Origin: a virus
Reading direction: 5' to 3' (one strand)
Virus record (IMG/VR): IMGVR_UViG_3300042879_003514
Coordinates: 1-64,000 of that record
DNA length: 64,000 nucleotides
The notes beneath the pieces were generated by a model, which ran no database searches, had not been told where the DNA came from, and was given only the letters and a program-made list of their open reading frames with translations. The position numbers were made by a program, and so were the translations under genes. Positions 29,118 to 38,668 of the stretch are shown here, in pieces (position 1 is the first letter of the stretch; every line of letters begins with the position of its first letter).

Positions 29118-29435
29118 ATGAGCGAAACTATAATTCATTTTTGGGAAAATATAGCCACAACAAGTATTGGTATAATAGTAACTATGGTTGGTTTTTGGGT
29201 TGCTATTGGACGAAATATGGCTACTAAAAGTGAGGTTTCTCACATGATAGAAACTCAAAGTCCGTATAATCAAGATCGTCAATTTATTATGGAAAGATTA
29301 GCTAGTAATAAAGAAACCCAAGCAGCCTTTGCAAATGCTCTACAACGTAATACTGAGGTAATGACAGAACTAAAGATACAGATAGCCACTTTGGGCAAAA
29401 CTTTGGAGGCTCTTGAAGAGCGTATTGAAAGATAA
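29118..29435 (+). CDS. TM + coiled-coil protein (holin-like architecture)
   Basis: IGIIVTMVGFWVAIG TM, C-terminal heptads; AGGAG RBS. Confidence 0.6.
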   Translation: MSETIIHFWENIATTSIGIIVTMVGFWVAIGRNMATKSEVSHMIETQSPYNQDRQFIMERLASNKETQAAFANALQRNTEVMTELKIQIATLGKTLEALEERIER

Positions 29436-29479
29436 GCTTATATTAAATAACACACCACAAAAGTATAAAGGGCTAAGAT

Positions 29480-30058
29480 ATGGGCGTTAAAATTCAACTA
29501 TTACGAGGATCAGCAGTATCATGGAGCGGATCAAATCCGGTACTAGGCGCTGGTCAACCAGGATTTGAAAGTGATACTAATAAACTTAAAATTGGAGATG
29601 GATCTACAGCATGGAATAGTTTAAGTTATTTTGGGGGTGGATCTTCTTATAGCGATGAAACTGTTCAGGATCTTTTAGGTAATAGCTTTTTAATTGCTGG
29701 CACAGGTATTGCTTTATCATATAATGATGCTGGTAATACATTAACTATTAGTACAACAGGGCTACAACCAAGCGGTAGCTATGCTTCTTCCTCGCACACA
29801 CATACTGCTAGTAATATTACAGATTTTAATAGTAGCGTCAGCGGATTATTACCTGTTAAAAATATAATCGGCAGTGGTAATATAATAGTTTCTGGAGTGA
29901 GTGGTACATTCACGATCAGTTCATCAGGATTGGTTAAAAGTGATGTTTCTGGTATCACTGGTGCCACAACTATCACAAACATTGTACAAATTAGTCAAAC
30001 TGGTTATGATAATATCTCAGTACCAAACTCTAATACATTATATATCATTAATGGTTAA
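29480..30058 (+). CDS. tail-fibre-like protein with Mtd-N/hyaluronidase-type N-terminal domain
   Basis: IQLLRG...W...NPVL..G.PGFESDT.KLKIGDG.TAWNSL.Y; HTHTASNITDF knot motif. Confidence 0.75.
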   Translation: MGVKIQLLRGSAVSWSGSNPVLGAGQPGFESDTNKLKIGDGSTAWNSLSYFGGGSSYSDETVQDLLGNSFLIAGTGIALSYNDAGNTLTISTTGLQPSGSYASSSHTHTASNITDFNSSVSGLLPVKNIIGSGNIIVSGVSGTFTISSSGLVKSDVSGITGATTITNIVQISQTGYDNISVPNSNTLYIING

Positions 30059-30067
30059 GGATATTCT

Positions 30068-31060
30068 ATGCCCACTATACCCAATGGATATTTTACTGAT
30101 ATTTATAAATTACGTTTAGGTAATAATAATTTATGGCCACCATATACAAATATAGGATCATCAAAGATTAAAAATTTATATGTTGGTGGAACAAGAATAT
30201 ATCATCCAGAAGCATTAGATTGGGTAAACAGAGCACAAAATAATGGTGGGGATATAATATCATTTGCTACACTAGATGCTGTTAGCGATTTTTGTTATGC
30301 TATAGATGCTGCTGGATTACGAGATAGATTTAGTCGATTAAATCTTTTTGCTGGAGAAAATTGGGCCGGAGGGCCTATCAGTTATTTAATTCCAGTTTTA
30401 ACTCCTTTATATAGAGGATTTTCTTTTAGTGGTACGCAATTAGGAAATACGACGGATACTAATTTTAATTTTGTGGATGATGGCACCGATTATGTGCGTA
30501 ATGTTGGTTTAATTGGAGACGGCAGCACTAAAGCATTATTAACTGGCTTGAGTTCAGAAGCATCCGCAGGCGGAGTTAGTACATTTTATGATAGTCATTT
30601 ATCCACCTATGCTGTAACAGACAATTCAGGTGGTGGTTCACAATATGCTTTAGGCTGTACTGATCAGAATAATTCTATTGGTACATATCTTAATTTTAAT
30701 GATTATGCAGCAAATACACCATTTGGAACATTTAGTGATTGGGGTACATATGCTGGCGGAACTAATCAAACTAATAATCTTGGATTTACACTGTCTACCA
30801 CAAATGGGACCAATAGAAAAATTTATCGTAATAATACTGATATAACAGCAACCTCAGACAATAATGGTAGTGGTGGAGATATAGCAGATATCGGTATTTT
30901 TGGCTTTTATGATGCATCTTATCTGGTACTTGAGCCAGTAGCGTATTACGCTGGATCACTGGGAGCATATTCAATTGGTAAATACTTAACATCTTCTCAG
31001 GTATCGACTTTCTATTCAATTATGCAAAAATTTCAAACCGCTATGGGAAGGAACGTATAA
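30068..31060 (+). CDS. putative tail/receptor-binding protein (lectin-like beta-rich)
   Basis: follows the fibre gene; GLIGDGSTKALLTG and C-terminal FQTAMGRNV pattern. Confidence 0.55.
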   Translation: MPTIPNGYFTDIYKLRLGNNNLWPPYTNIGSSKIKNLYVGGTRIYHPEALDWVNRAQNNGGDIISFATLDAVSDFCYAIDAAGLRDRFSRLNLFAGENWAGGPISYLIPVLTPLYRGFSFSGTQLGNTTDTNFNFVDDGTDYVRNVGLIGDGSTKALLTGLSSEASAGGVSTFYDSHLSTYAVTDNSGGGSQYALGCTDQNNSIGTYLNFNDYAANTPFGTFSDWGTYAGGTNQTNNLGFTLSTTNGTNRKIYRNNTDITATSDNNGSGGDIADIGIFGFYDASYLVLEPVAYYAGSLGAYSIGKYLTSSQVSTFYSIMQKFQTAMGRNV

Positions 31061-31311
31061 TGTATCTGTTAATAAATGATGAACAAAAAACAGTTCTTGA
31101 TAATATTAATAATCTTCATTCTGATCGTAAGATTATGGCCATCAAATCAAATAATAATAATTGGATAGTAAAGGATGATCTTCTAGTGGATTGCGACTAT
31201 ACACATTCCACATGGTACGACTGGAAAGATTGGTTACACTCTTTAGCAAGCACTGATGATACGCCAGCACCAAAACCGCAACGTCCAGCACCAAAACCTA
31301 AAAATCCCTAA
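31060..31311 (+). CDS. small protein, possible fibre chaperone, Pro-rich C-terminus
   Basis: TAATG coupling; PAPKP repeated twice. Confidence 0.55.
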   Translation: MYLLINDEQKTVLDNINNLHSDRKIMAIKSNNNNWIVKDDLLVDCDYTHSTWYDWKDWLHSLASTDDTPAPKPQRPAPKPKNP

Positions 31312-31353
31312 TTGGTGTAATATAAAATATAACCCTTATTAATGGAGCTAATT

Positions 31354-31587
31354 ATGGCCAGACCATTCACAGACATAACCAAATCAATAAGCGCTAATAA
31401 TATTAAAAATGGCACCCTATTAGTAGCTACTGGTGGATTGCGTACTGGATCTTCCAGTAGTTATTTTAATAAGGTTTACGATCAATACGTTCAAACATAT
31501 CCAGTCATTACAGATATTCAAAGTAAATATGGTTATAGATTTTATAATGGTCTATTTATTGATAGTGTTGATAACGGCACCGTTTGA
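31354..31587 (+). CDS. hypothetical protein (start MARPF)
   Basis: GGAG RBS and GGTGTA motif upstream. Confidence 0.65.
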   Translation: MARPFTDITKSISANNIKNGTLLVATGGLRTGSSSSYFNKVYDQYVQTYPVITDIQSKYGYRFYNGLFIDSVDNGTV

Positions 31588-31595
31588 GGTGATTC

Positions 31596-31958
31596 ATGAT
31601 AAAACCCGGATATAGAACTAGTGAATTTTGGTTCACGATGGTTAGTTTTATTTTTAGTGGATTATTTTTAGCTGGTATTATAACAGATAACGCAGATAAG
31701 GAAGATCTAATTAGAGATGTAAGTCATGGTGTTGAATCGTGCATCCTAATAGGAGGTCAATTGTTTATACTGTACAAATATATAAAGGGTAGATCAAATA
31801 TTAAACAATCTTGGTGGAACAGTCAATCAGTACCAATTTCTAAAGAGGTAGACACAAATGAATCTAACAAGCAAAGAACTAATAAAAACAGAAGTAGAAA
31901 AACTAATAGCAACAACAAAAGTAAAAGTACAAGAAGTAAAAAGAATAGCAGTAGATGA
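31596..31958 (+). CDS. two-TM holin-like membrane protein
   Basis: KPGYRTSEFW start, two hydrophobic segments, basic tail; GAGGTG RBS. Confidence 0.6.
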   Translation: MIKPGYRTSEFWFTMVSFIFSGLFLAGIITDNADKEDLIRDVSHGVESCILIGGQLFILYKYIKGRSNIKQSWWNSQSVPISKEVDTNESNKQRTNKNRSRKTNSNNKSKSTRSKKNSSR

Positions 31959-32244
31959 AGCATGGAAAATTTTACAGTTAGCAACAGCAACAATTATTCA
32001 AATTATTGAATCTATTGGTAATGATTTGGCTGGTCCAGATAAAAAAGCATTAGCAATGGAACTTCTTAATAAATTCTATGATAGTGTGTTTACCGTTGTT
32101 GATATTCCAGTTGTGCCAAACTTTTTGGAGCCTATGATACATAAGTATGTGAAAGCTTTTCTCATGGTATTACTAAGTGCCACAATTGATGCTCTTGTCA
32201 CAACTTTTAGAAATGCTGGAGTTTTTATTAAGAAAGTAGGTTAA
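31858..32244 (+). CDS. hypothetical protein
   Basis: GAGG RBS; GPDKKALAM, DIPVVP. Confidence 0.7.
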   Translation: MNLTSKELIKTEVEKLIATTKVKVQEVKRIAVDEAWKILQLATATIIQIIESIGNDLAGPDKKALAMELLNKFYDSVFTVVDIPVVPNFLEPMIHKYVKAFLMVLLSATIDALVTTFRNAGVFIKKVG

Positions 32245-32245
32245 T

Positions 32246-32629
32246 ATGAATTTTACTCAAAGTTTTGAAGAATTTAGTAGAAACGTGAGCACAATGGATT
32301 TGGCTCTGTATGCTGGTGTTGGAATTATTGTCTGGGTTTTATTTAAGGAAAGACTAAGCCCTATACAAAAACTTATACTATCTCTAGTAGACCAAGGCAA
32401 AAATTTATTATCAACAAATAAATCTAAATCTTCTACTACTACTGATGTTGTTATGAATAAAACATCCGTTACTACACATGGTGAGGATGTCTTTTATCAA
32501 TTAATTACATCCTGGAAACAAACTAGAGATCTTGCTGTGAAAAGCAATTGTGAGGAAGCCGTAAGGGTTGCAGATGAAATGTTTCCATTTCTAAGTCCAA
32601 GCGTTTGTAATAAGGATGAAAATCTATGA
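32246..32629 (+). CDS. single-TM membrane protein
   Basis: LALYAGVGIIVWVLF. Confidence 0.7.
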   Translation: MNFTQSFEEFSRNVSTMDLALYAGVGIIVWVLFKERLSPIQKLILSLVDQGKNLLSTNKSKSSTTTDVVMNKTSVTTHGEDVFYQLITSWKQTRDLAVKSNCEEAVRVADEMFPFLSPSVCNKDENL

Positions 32630-33114
32630 ATCAAAAAATTGTGCTTGTTATTGCTGGTCTTTTGGTGTTTATTGGTTTAACTAAACCAGATTTATCAAAA
32701 TTTATCAATCGTAATAACAATCCTGTTGTTGTAGACGAAATAATAGTCGTAACACCACCAGCAGATATAAAACTTAGAGAAGTTTGTCAACCAGTTATTG
32801 AAACTCTAAAGGGTAATCCAAGAGATGCTCGTAGACTTTCAAATACGTTTTTGGATATTGCCAGACTAATCGAATTAGACGGAGAAGAAATGGTCATTAA
32901 AAATACAGAAGAAATTAAACAAGCAAATAGTTTGGTTGGCGCAATGTTGCGTCTTGATATAAAAGGTAAGTATCCTTCATTATCTAAGGATTGTCAAGCA
33001 GTAGTTGTTAGTCAAATAGGAGATGATAACGTAACTCTAACAAAAGAATTACGAAGTTCTGCTGTTGAAGCGTTTAGGGGTCTTGGGTGGGCTTGTTATG
33101 AGGGGAGCAAATAA
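32626..33114 (+). CDS. exported or N-anchored protein
   Basis: IVLVIAGLLVFIGL N-terminus. Confidence 0.7.
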   Translation: MNQKIVLVIAGLLVFIGLTKPDLSKFINRNNNPVVVDEIIVVTPPADIKLREVCQPVIETLKGNPRDARRLSNTFLDIARLIELDGEEMVIKNTEEIKQANSLVGAMLRLDIKGKYPSLSKDCQAVVVSQIGDDNVTLTKELRSSAVEAFRGLGWACYEGSK

Positions 33115-34040
33115 TGCCTCGTTTTTCACCAAAAGAATTATTTGAAAATTATAAAGAAGGTTTTCAAGGATGTCTTTGGGAACAACATATCTTTGATAGG
33201 CTTTTAGAAGAATCTAAATACGCATATTTTGGAGATGGGGCTAAAAGAATCCAAGGTAGCGGAAAAGGAAAACTATCAACACCATATAAGAGTGTGCTTA
33301 AGTTTGACAAAAGCTCTTACAATGAAAGACAAACCACAGGAGATTGTGTTAGTCATGCAACACGAAATGCTGTAGACGTTACTCGTGCTGTAGAAATTGA
33401 TATAGAGGGAGATAAGGAGAGTTGGTTAGCAAGAGGTGCTACAGAAGCGATTTATGGTGCTAGGGGGTGGGCTGGCCAAGGAATGAGTTGCTCAAGAGCA
33501 GCCGAGTTTGTTAGTAAAATAGGCGGGGTATTAGTTAGACAAAATTATAAAGGTGTTATAGATCTATCAAAATATAACGGTAGTCTTGGTGCTGGTTGGG
33601 GAGGCAGAGGTCTTCCAGATAAAGTAATCGACCTAGCCAATGACCACCAAATCAAAACAGTAAGTCTAGTTAGAACTATAGACGAAGCAAGAGACGCCTT
33701 AGCCAATGGTTATGGTTTAGCAGTCTGCTCTAACTATGGATTTAGTAGCAAAAGAGATAGTAAGGGTTTTGCAAAAACTAGTGGCAGTTGGGCACACGCT
33801 ATGGCCTGGATAGCATGTGACGATACTGGAAAAGAGCCATCGTTTTTAGTGCAGAATAGTTGGGGTAAATGGAATGATGGTGGTCATCCAGAATGGGGTC
33901 CAATTCCAGATGGTTCGTTTTTAATTAATGCAGAAACCGCAGAAGGAATGTTATCTCAAAGCGGAGCATATGCTTTTAGTCAGTTTGACGGTTTTCCGGT
34001 GCAAAAACTTCCTTCATACGGATTTGAAGATTATCTATAA
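33114..34040 (+). CDS. papain-like C1 cysteine peptidase
   Basis: QTTGDCVSHA (Gln/Cys), WAHAM (His), QNSWG (Asn). Confidence 0.85.
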   Translation: MPRFSPKELFENYKEGFQGCLWEQHIFDRLLEESKYAYFGDGAKRIQGSGKGKLSTPYKSVLKFDKSSYNERQTTGDCVSHATRNAVDVTRAVEIDIEGDKESWLARGATEAIYGARGWAGQGMSCSRAAEFVSKIGGVLVRQNYKGVIDLSKYNGSLGAGWGGRGLPDKVIDLANDHQIKTVSLVRTIDEARDALANGYGLAVCSNYGFSSKRDSKGFAKTSGSWAHAMAWIACDDTGKEPSFLVQNSWGKWNDGGHPEWGPIPDGSFLINAETAEGMLSQSGAYAFSQFDGFPVQKLPSYGFEDYL

Positions 34041-34079
34041 AATATCGGTGTATTTATATTAATAAGAGAGGTTATTAAT

Positions 34080-34247
34080 ATGAGATTACTTGATAAAATT
34101 GCTCTTAATAGATTAATTAGTTTAATACTAGGTTTTATACTAACTATAGTAAAACTTTGTTTACCAGAAAGTGGTGATCAAAACACTATAGATAAACCAA
34201 AAGAAAAAAAGCTTTTTCCAAACATTAGACGAAAAAAGAAACAGTAA
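34080..34247 (+). CDS. 55-aa membrane protein missing from ORF track
   Basis: MRLLDKIALNRLISLILGFILTIVKLCLP...; GAGG RBS; fills the gap exactly. Confidence 0.7.
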   Translation: MRLLDKIALNRLISLILGFILTIVKLCLPESGDQNTIDKPKEKKLFPNIRRKKKQ

Positions 34248-34248
34248 A

Positions 34249-34563
34249 ATGATTAAATTTACTAGTTGTGTTCTTGTGTGTTCATTAATATTATTTTCTT
34301 CATATGGTTACAACGGTTCCACAACTGCTGTGGTAACTGTTGTTGGTGGAGTTATTAAGGCTAAACACTCAGAAAGTATTAAAAAATATAAAAGAAAAGA
34401 TTGTCCTGTTTGTAAAGGCAAAGGATGGTATATAAGTGGTGATGATATTCAAAAAGTACCCTGTGGATATTGCGAACCAGAAGAAAAACAAGAATCTGAA
34501 ATAACTCATCCGCCAATAATTATTAAAGGTGGTAATTGCAAAACTAAGGTAATGAAAAAATGA
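34249..34563 (+). CDS. exported protein with DnaJ-like Zn-finger
   Basis: signal-like N-terminus; CPVCKGKG...CGYC. Confidence 0.7.
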   Translation: MIKFTSCVLVCSLILFSSYGYNGSTTAVVTVVGGVIKAKHSESIKKYKRKDCPVCKGKGWYISGDDIQKVPCGYCEPEEKQESEITHPPIIIKGGNCKTKVMKK

Positions 34564-34949
34564 ATAATGAAGATTTAAAAGTTATTGCAGAAAAAATTAT
34601 CGCTAAGGTTCCTAATAAAGAACCAGAAAAATTTGGTAGTATTATTATGATACTTATGGTTATAAGTATTATTTTAACATTAATCAGAGTTATTCAGGAG
34701 TGCAATAAAAAGAAAATATCCATCTTCAATAGAAAACAAAAATACGAATATTATGGGCAGCAAGTTAAAGATATTTCTATTAGAAGGTCGTGGTTTACAA
34801 AAATGATTGTAAAGAAATCCATTCGTAAAGAATTAGATAAAGAAGATTATAAATTATATGGCAATGACTTAGCAAAAGCTATTTTAGACACAGGAGAAAA
34901 TCTCAAGGAGGATGAAATTATTACTTTAGTGGAGGCAGCAAATGTTTAG
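34560..34949 (+). CDS. single-TM membrane protein
   Basis: IIMILMVISIILTLIRVI. Confidence 0.7.
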   Translation: MNNEDLKVIAEKIIAKVPNKEPEKFGSIIMILMVISIILTLIRVIQECNKKKISIFNRKQKYEYYGQQVKDISIRRSWFTKMIVKKSIRKELDKEDYKLYGNDLAKAILDTGENLKEDEIITLVEAANV

Positions 34950-35187
34950 TTTATTAGTATGGTGTGTATATGGAATTTTTGTTGGTAGTATAGCAAAAAC
35001 AATAGTTCCAGGAGATGAAAATTTCGGCTTTGTAAAAACAATAGTATTAGGGGTTGCTGGATCATACGCTGGAGGTATAATAACATATCTGCTGGGAATG
35101 ACACCGCTCCAACCAGCAGGATTATTTATGGGTGTTGCCGGAGCAGTGGCATCTTTAGTATTTTATAAAAAATTACTTGAAAAATAA
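34942..35187 (+). CDS. GlsB/YeaQ/YmgE (transglycosylase-associated) membrane protein
   Basis: W..YGIFVGSIAK.IVPG...TIVLGVAGSYAGG...GVAGAV. Confidence 0.85.
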   Translation: MFSLLVWCVYGIFVGSIAKTIVPGDENFGFVKTIVLGVAGSYAGGIITYLLGMTPLQPAGLFMGVAGAVASLVFYKKLLEK

Positions 35188-35226
35188 GTTTAGTGTAATA
35201 TAATATATTCATATTAAGGATATATT

Positions 35227-35259
35227 ATGGCTATTTACTATATAAATGATCCACAATAA
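35227..35259 (+). pseudogene. 10-codon stub duplicating the N-terminus of the next gene
   Basis: MAIYYINDPQ* versus MAIWYIDDPY...; own AAGGA RBS and GTGTA motif. Confidence 0.55.
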
Positions 35260-35296
35260 GGTATTGGGGTATTCTACTAATATAAGGAGTAGAATT

Positions 35297-35752
35297 ATGG
35301 CCATATGGTATATTGATGATCCATATATCGAAGATGATTTTATAGTAAGTCCTGAAATTCAGGAGTATCTTGATGATGGATTTGTATTACCTGAAATTCC
35401 ATTTACTATTACTAATAATCAATCAGTAAATGATTGGGGGTATATTCAGGATCCAATAGCTTATAAACAAACTGTTGGTTCGCCATACAGCATAATTCAT
35501 GTTAAGCCCACTAGTAGTTGGTCAAAAACACTACCTAATGAATTATTACAAAATAGTAAAATCATCTTTACAAATAATATTAATACTAATTATAAAAAAT
35601 ATCAAAACTGTATTGATTTAGCAGATCAATTGCAAGAGACAATTGATGAAAATGGGTATGCATCAGTGATCGATAACTCCGCACCCACGACTGTTAATCA
35701 TTTCGTACCAAACTATATACATATTATTCATGACTGTGATGGAACTAATTGA
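35297..35752 (+). CDS. hypothetical protein (start MAIWY)
   Basis: AAGGAG RBS before ATG 35297. Confidence 0.65.
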   Translation: MAIWYIDDPYIEDDFIVSPEIQEYLDDGFVLPEIPFTITNNQSVNDWGYIQDPIAYKQTVGSPYSIIHVKPTSSWSKTLPNELLQNSKIIFTNNINTNYKKYQNCIDLADQLQETIDENGYASVIDNSAPTTVNHFVPNYIHIIHDCDGTN

Positions 35753-37164
35753 TTATGGCAAAATTAAAACCCAATCAATTTATCAGCGATGAAGTTCAAA
35801 ATATTTATATAAATGGAACATTCTATAATAATTATCAAATTATAAAAGATATATCATCCACGAATAGCGTTGCGGTTATTTTAAATATAAATAATGATGA
35901 TAATGATGCACTATCTTGTTTTAATGATAATAACTAACAACTATGCTATGCTGTTAAAGATCTATTATCATCAAAATTTTTTATAGATTATCCTACTTTA
36001 ATCTCCGGAGGCTCATCTGCCACATCATTGAGTTTTGATTGTGCATTTTTAGGTATTAATAATTATAATGTTAATGTAACAATTGATAGAACTTATATTA
36101 ATAATATTTTAGCTTTAACTATTACATATGAATTATATACTGGCGAAATGGTTGGCGATCCATATTTAACATTAGTGGGTAAGATGGTTTGTAACAATGA
36201 TTTATTAGAAACAACAATTGGCAAGTTACCATCTGTAGATGTTGATGTGTCACTATATGCTTTGCCAATCCAAGTCACATCTATAACATACTCATCCCCA
36301 GAGCATAATCTAATAGAACTAAATAAAGATAAATGCGTTATAATAATTGCTAGAACTTTTGAAAAATTTGTTGACAATACATTATGTGTAGAAATACCAC
36401 CAACCATAGCATTATCATTTAATGATATTCAAATCTCTGATTGCGAAATAGATCAAAGCGTTAAAAATGCTTTCAATATATTTTTTGATACACAAGCTGT
36501 TTATCCTATAAAAAGCTCAAATTATACTATTGATGAATATGGATATCAAACTGGATTAACAGCAGAATATTCTGTATCTATTGATTTATTCTTATTCACC
36601 GTGTTACTAGAATATAATGATGGCGAAATTAATTTAACTATTAAAATGATTCAAAACAATGAAATAATATGCTCTATAGTCTTTGTCAAATCATTACCAA
36701 ATATAGACGATATATTTACTGAAAAATTAGTATTTACTAATCCAACTATTACAGTAATGGATTGTGATAATTTAGATACAGGCATTATTACTTCAACCTC
36801 ATTTTATCCTGGATATACTACCACACCAGATTTATCTGCTAAATTTGATTATATATTCTTTAATACATCAACTGGCGATAGTTTTATTGTGAAAAATGTT
36901 GGCTTAAAGGGTAATAAGCTATCACTACACTCAAGAGTAGATGGTGCTCTTAATAAAATTGATGATTATGTTAGTTTTAGTGGTGATTTACAAATCAATT
37001 GCGCTATAGTTAATCCTATGGTTGATAGTTATCAGTATTGGAATGATGAACAATATGGAAAATTTAGTGAAACTACAATGAATATATTATCTATAAATAA
37101 TTGGCCCGTATATGATCTTGATGTTAATCAAATAAATATCCAACTCGGCTGCATAACTCCATAA
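35749..37164 (+). pseudogene. single long frame interrupted by one in-frame TAA (35935-35937): nonsense allele or readthrough gene
   Basis: 35749..35937 and 36028..37164 share a frame with no other stop between them. Confidence 0.6.
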
Positions 37165-37175
37165 AGGGATCAAAT

Positions 37176-37520
37176 ATGTCTGATATTAATGATGCTTGGT
37201 GTCGAGATAATAGTCAAAATAAATTAATTCTTTTATTTGATTGGCCAGGAATTAATCCGGCACAGCATCAAATAGTACCATCTCCAACAATAAGAGTATC
37301 CCATTTGCCATATTATTATAATTCAGAGAAGTTTGGCTTTGGAGGACCAAAGGCTGCTATAGAAGGTATTAAAAAAAGTTGGGGTTGTCATGATAAAACA
37401 GAAAATGAAAAAAAAGCAGAAATGCCACCGGATCCTAAAAAAACTCGTAATTGTAGTATTGCGTATGCTGGTGGAGTTTGGGGTAGTACTCTTTACGATC
37501 CAACTGTACGTTGCAAATAA
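37176..37520 (+). CDS. hypothetical protein
   Basis: ORF, AAGGGA upstream. Confidence 0.55.
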   Translation: MSDINDAWCRDNSQNKLILLFDWPGINPAQHQIVPSPTIRVSHLPYYYNSEKFGFGGPKAAIEGIKKSWGCHDKTENEKKAEMPPDPKKTRNCSIAYAGGVWGSTLYDPTVRCK

Positions 37521-37541
37521 AAGATCAAGGAATAATTTATT

Positions 37542-37907
37542 ATGTCACATCATTTAATTTTCGTAAATGGACATTGGGCTTTACCTTCCTATACAGATTA
37601 TGGGATCAAAGATGTTGGTCAATGGAAAGGTTGTAGAAATCCTGGAATCTGGCCCCCAATATTAATATGTTCTCCAAGAACATCAGATTCATCAAACAAT
37701 CAACCTAAATCAATACCAATAAATACTGCACAGTCTAAAGATAGGGTGGTATTTATTAATCGTGGTGGTTTATTTGGCTTGGGTTCAGGTGTTGGTCCCG
37801 GAACCAGAATATTTAATCGAAATGGTTTTGTAACAAGAAGCCGTAGAGGAAATCCAGTATATACTGCCAATTATTTTTTTGGCCCACCCATTACACGTTA
37901 TGGATAA
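37542..37907 (+). CDS. hypothetical Gly/Pro-rich protein
   Basis: ORF, AAGGA upstream. Confidence 0.55.
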   Translation: MSHHLIFVNGHWALPSYTDYGIKDVGQWKGCRNPGIWPPILICSPRTSDSSNNQPKSIPINTAQSKDRVVFINRGGLFGLGSGVGPGTRIFNRNGFVTRSRRGNPVYTANYFFGPPITRYG

Positions 37908-38027
37908 TAAATATGCCAGAACCAATAGTTAAAGAATGGATTATTACTGATGCTAGATATCCTGGTTTATTTAGATTGTGTTGAGGCCCAGTTCATATTA
38001 TAAATTTTTAACTTAACAATCGACCTG

Positions 38028-38055
38028 TTGACAAATCCTCAGCGTTTGATACAAT
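38028..38055 (+). promoter_or_regulatory. sigma70-like promoter, likely leaderless transcript
   Basis: TTGACA-N16-TACAAT with TG extension; ATG begins 7 nt after the -10 hexamer. Confidence 0.75.
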
Positions 38056-38061
38056 ACTTAT

Positions 38062-38544
38062 ATGAGCATAAGACCATCGTGGATAGATTATTTTTTAGGT
38101 TTAGCTACTGTTGTATCTCAACGTAGTCATGATATTCAAACCAAACACGGCTGTGTGATTGCCGACAGGAATAATAGAATCTTAGGTGTTGGCTATAATG
38201 GTTTTCCTCGTGGATTACTAGACGAGAATCTACCAAATACTAGACCAGATAAATATCCGTGGATGATTCATGCTGAGAGAAATGCTCTTTCTAATTGTGT
38301 TGTTAGACCAGATAATGGTGTTGCATATGTAACTGGTCAATGTTGTAACGATTGCATAATGGCTTTATGGCAAGAGGGGGTCACAAAAGTAATTATGTCT
38401 GATGATCATGGTACACATTTATTTGATAGTGAAGCTCAAAAAAGATTTGATATATTTATAAAAATGACCGGCATGGATATAGAATATATTAAACCAGATC
38501 TTTCATGGATTACAAAAATGAGAGGTGTATTAAATGATAATTAG
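38062..38544 (+). CDS. dCMP deaminase
   Basis: RPSW..YF, GYNGFP, HAERNAL, CNDC. Confidence 0.92.
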   Translation: MSIRPSWIDYFLGLATVVSQRSHDIQTKHGCVIADRNNRILGVGYNGFPRGLLDENLPNTRPDKYPWMIHAERNALSNCVVRPDNGVAYVTGQCCNDCIMALWQEGVTKVIMSDDHGTHLFDSEAQKRFDIFIKMTGMDIEYIKPDLSWITKMRGVLNDN

Positions 38545-38668
38545 TTTTTATATATGTTTAATGTTTTATTTATATTCTATAATTTTCACCACTGATCACA
38601 ACTCAATAATGAATGCTTTTTCTTTTACTGTTGTGACAGGATTACTTGTTCTAATCAATAGGAGATGA
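38534..38668 (+). CDS. 44-aa two-TM microprotein missing from ORF track
   Basis: MIISFYICLMFYLYSIIF...FSFTVVTGLLVLINRR; GAGGTG RBS; bridges dCMP deaminase and nrdJ. Confidence 0.6.
   Translation: MIISFYICLMFYLYSIIFTTDHNSIMNAFSFTVVTGLLVLINRR

Noticed and set aside
29480-31060. Diversity-generating retroelement suggested by the Mtd-like N-terminus
   Set aside because: No reverse transcriptase or TR/VR repeat pair seen; this N-terminal domain is a generic fibre module.
37913-37984. 23-codon ORF MPEPIVKEW...
   Set aside because: No motif or clear RBS; cannot be told from chance.
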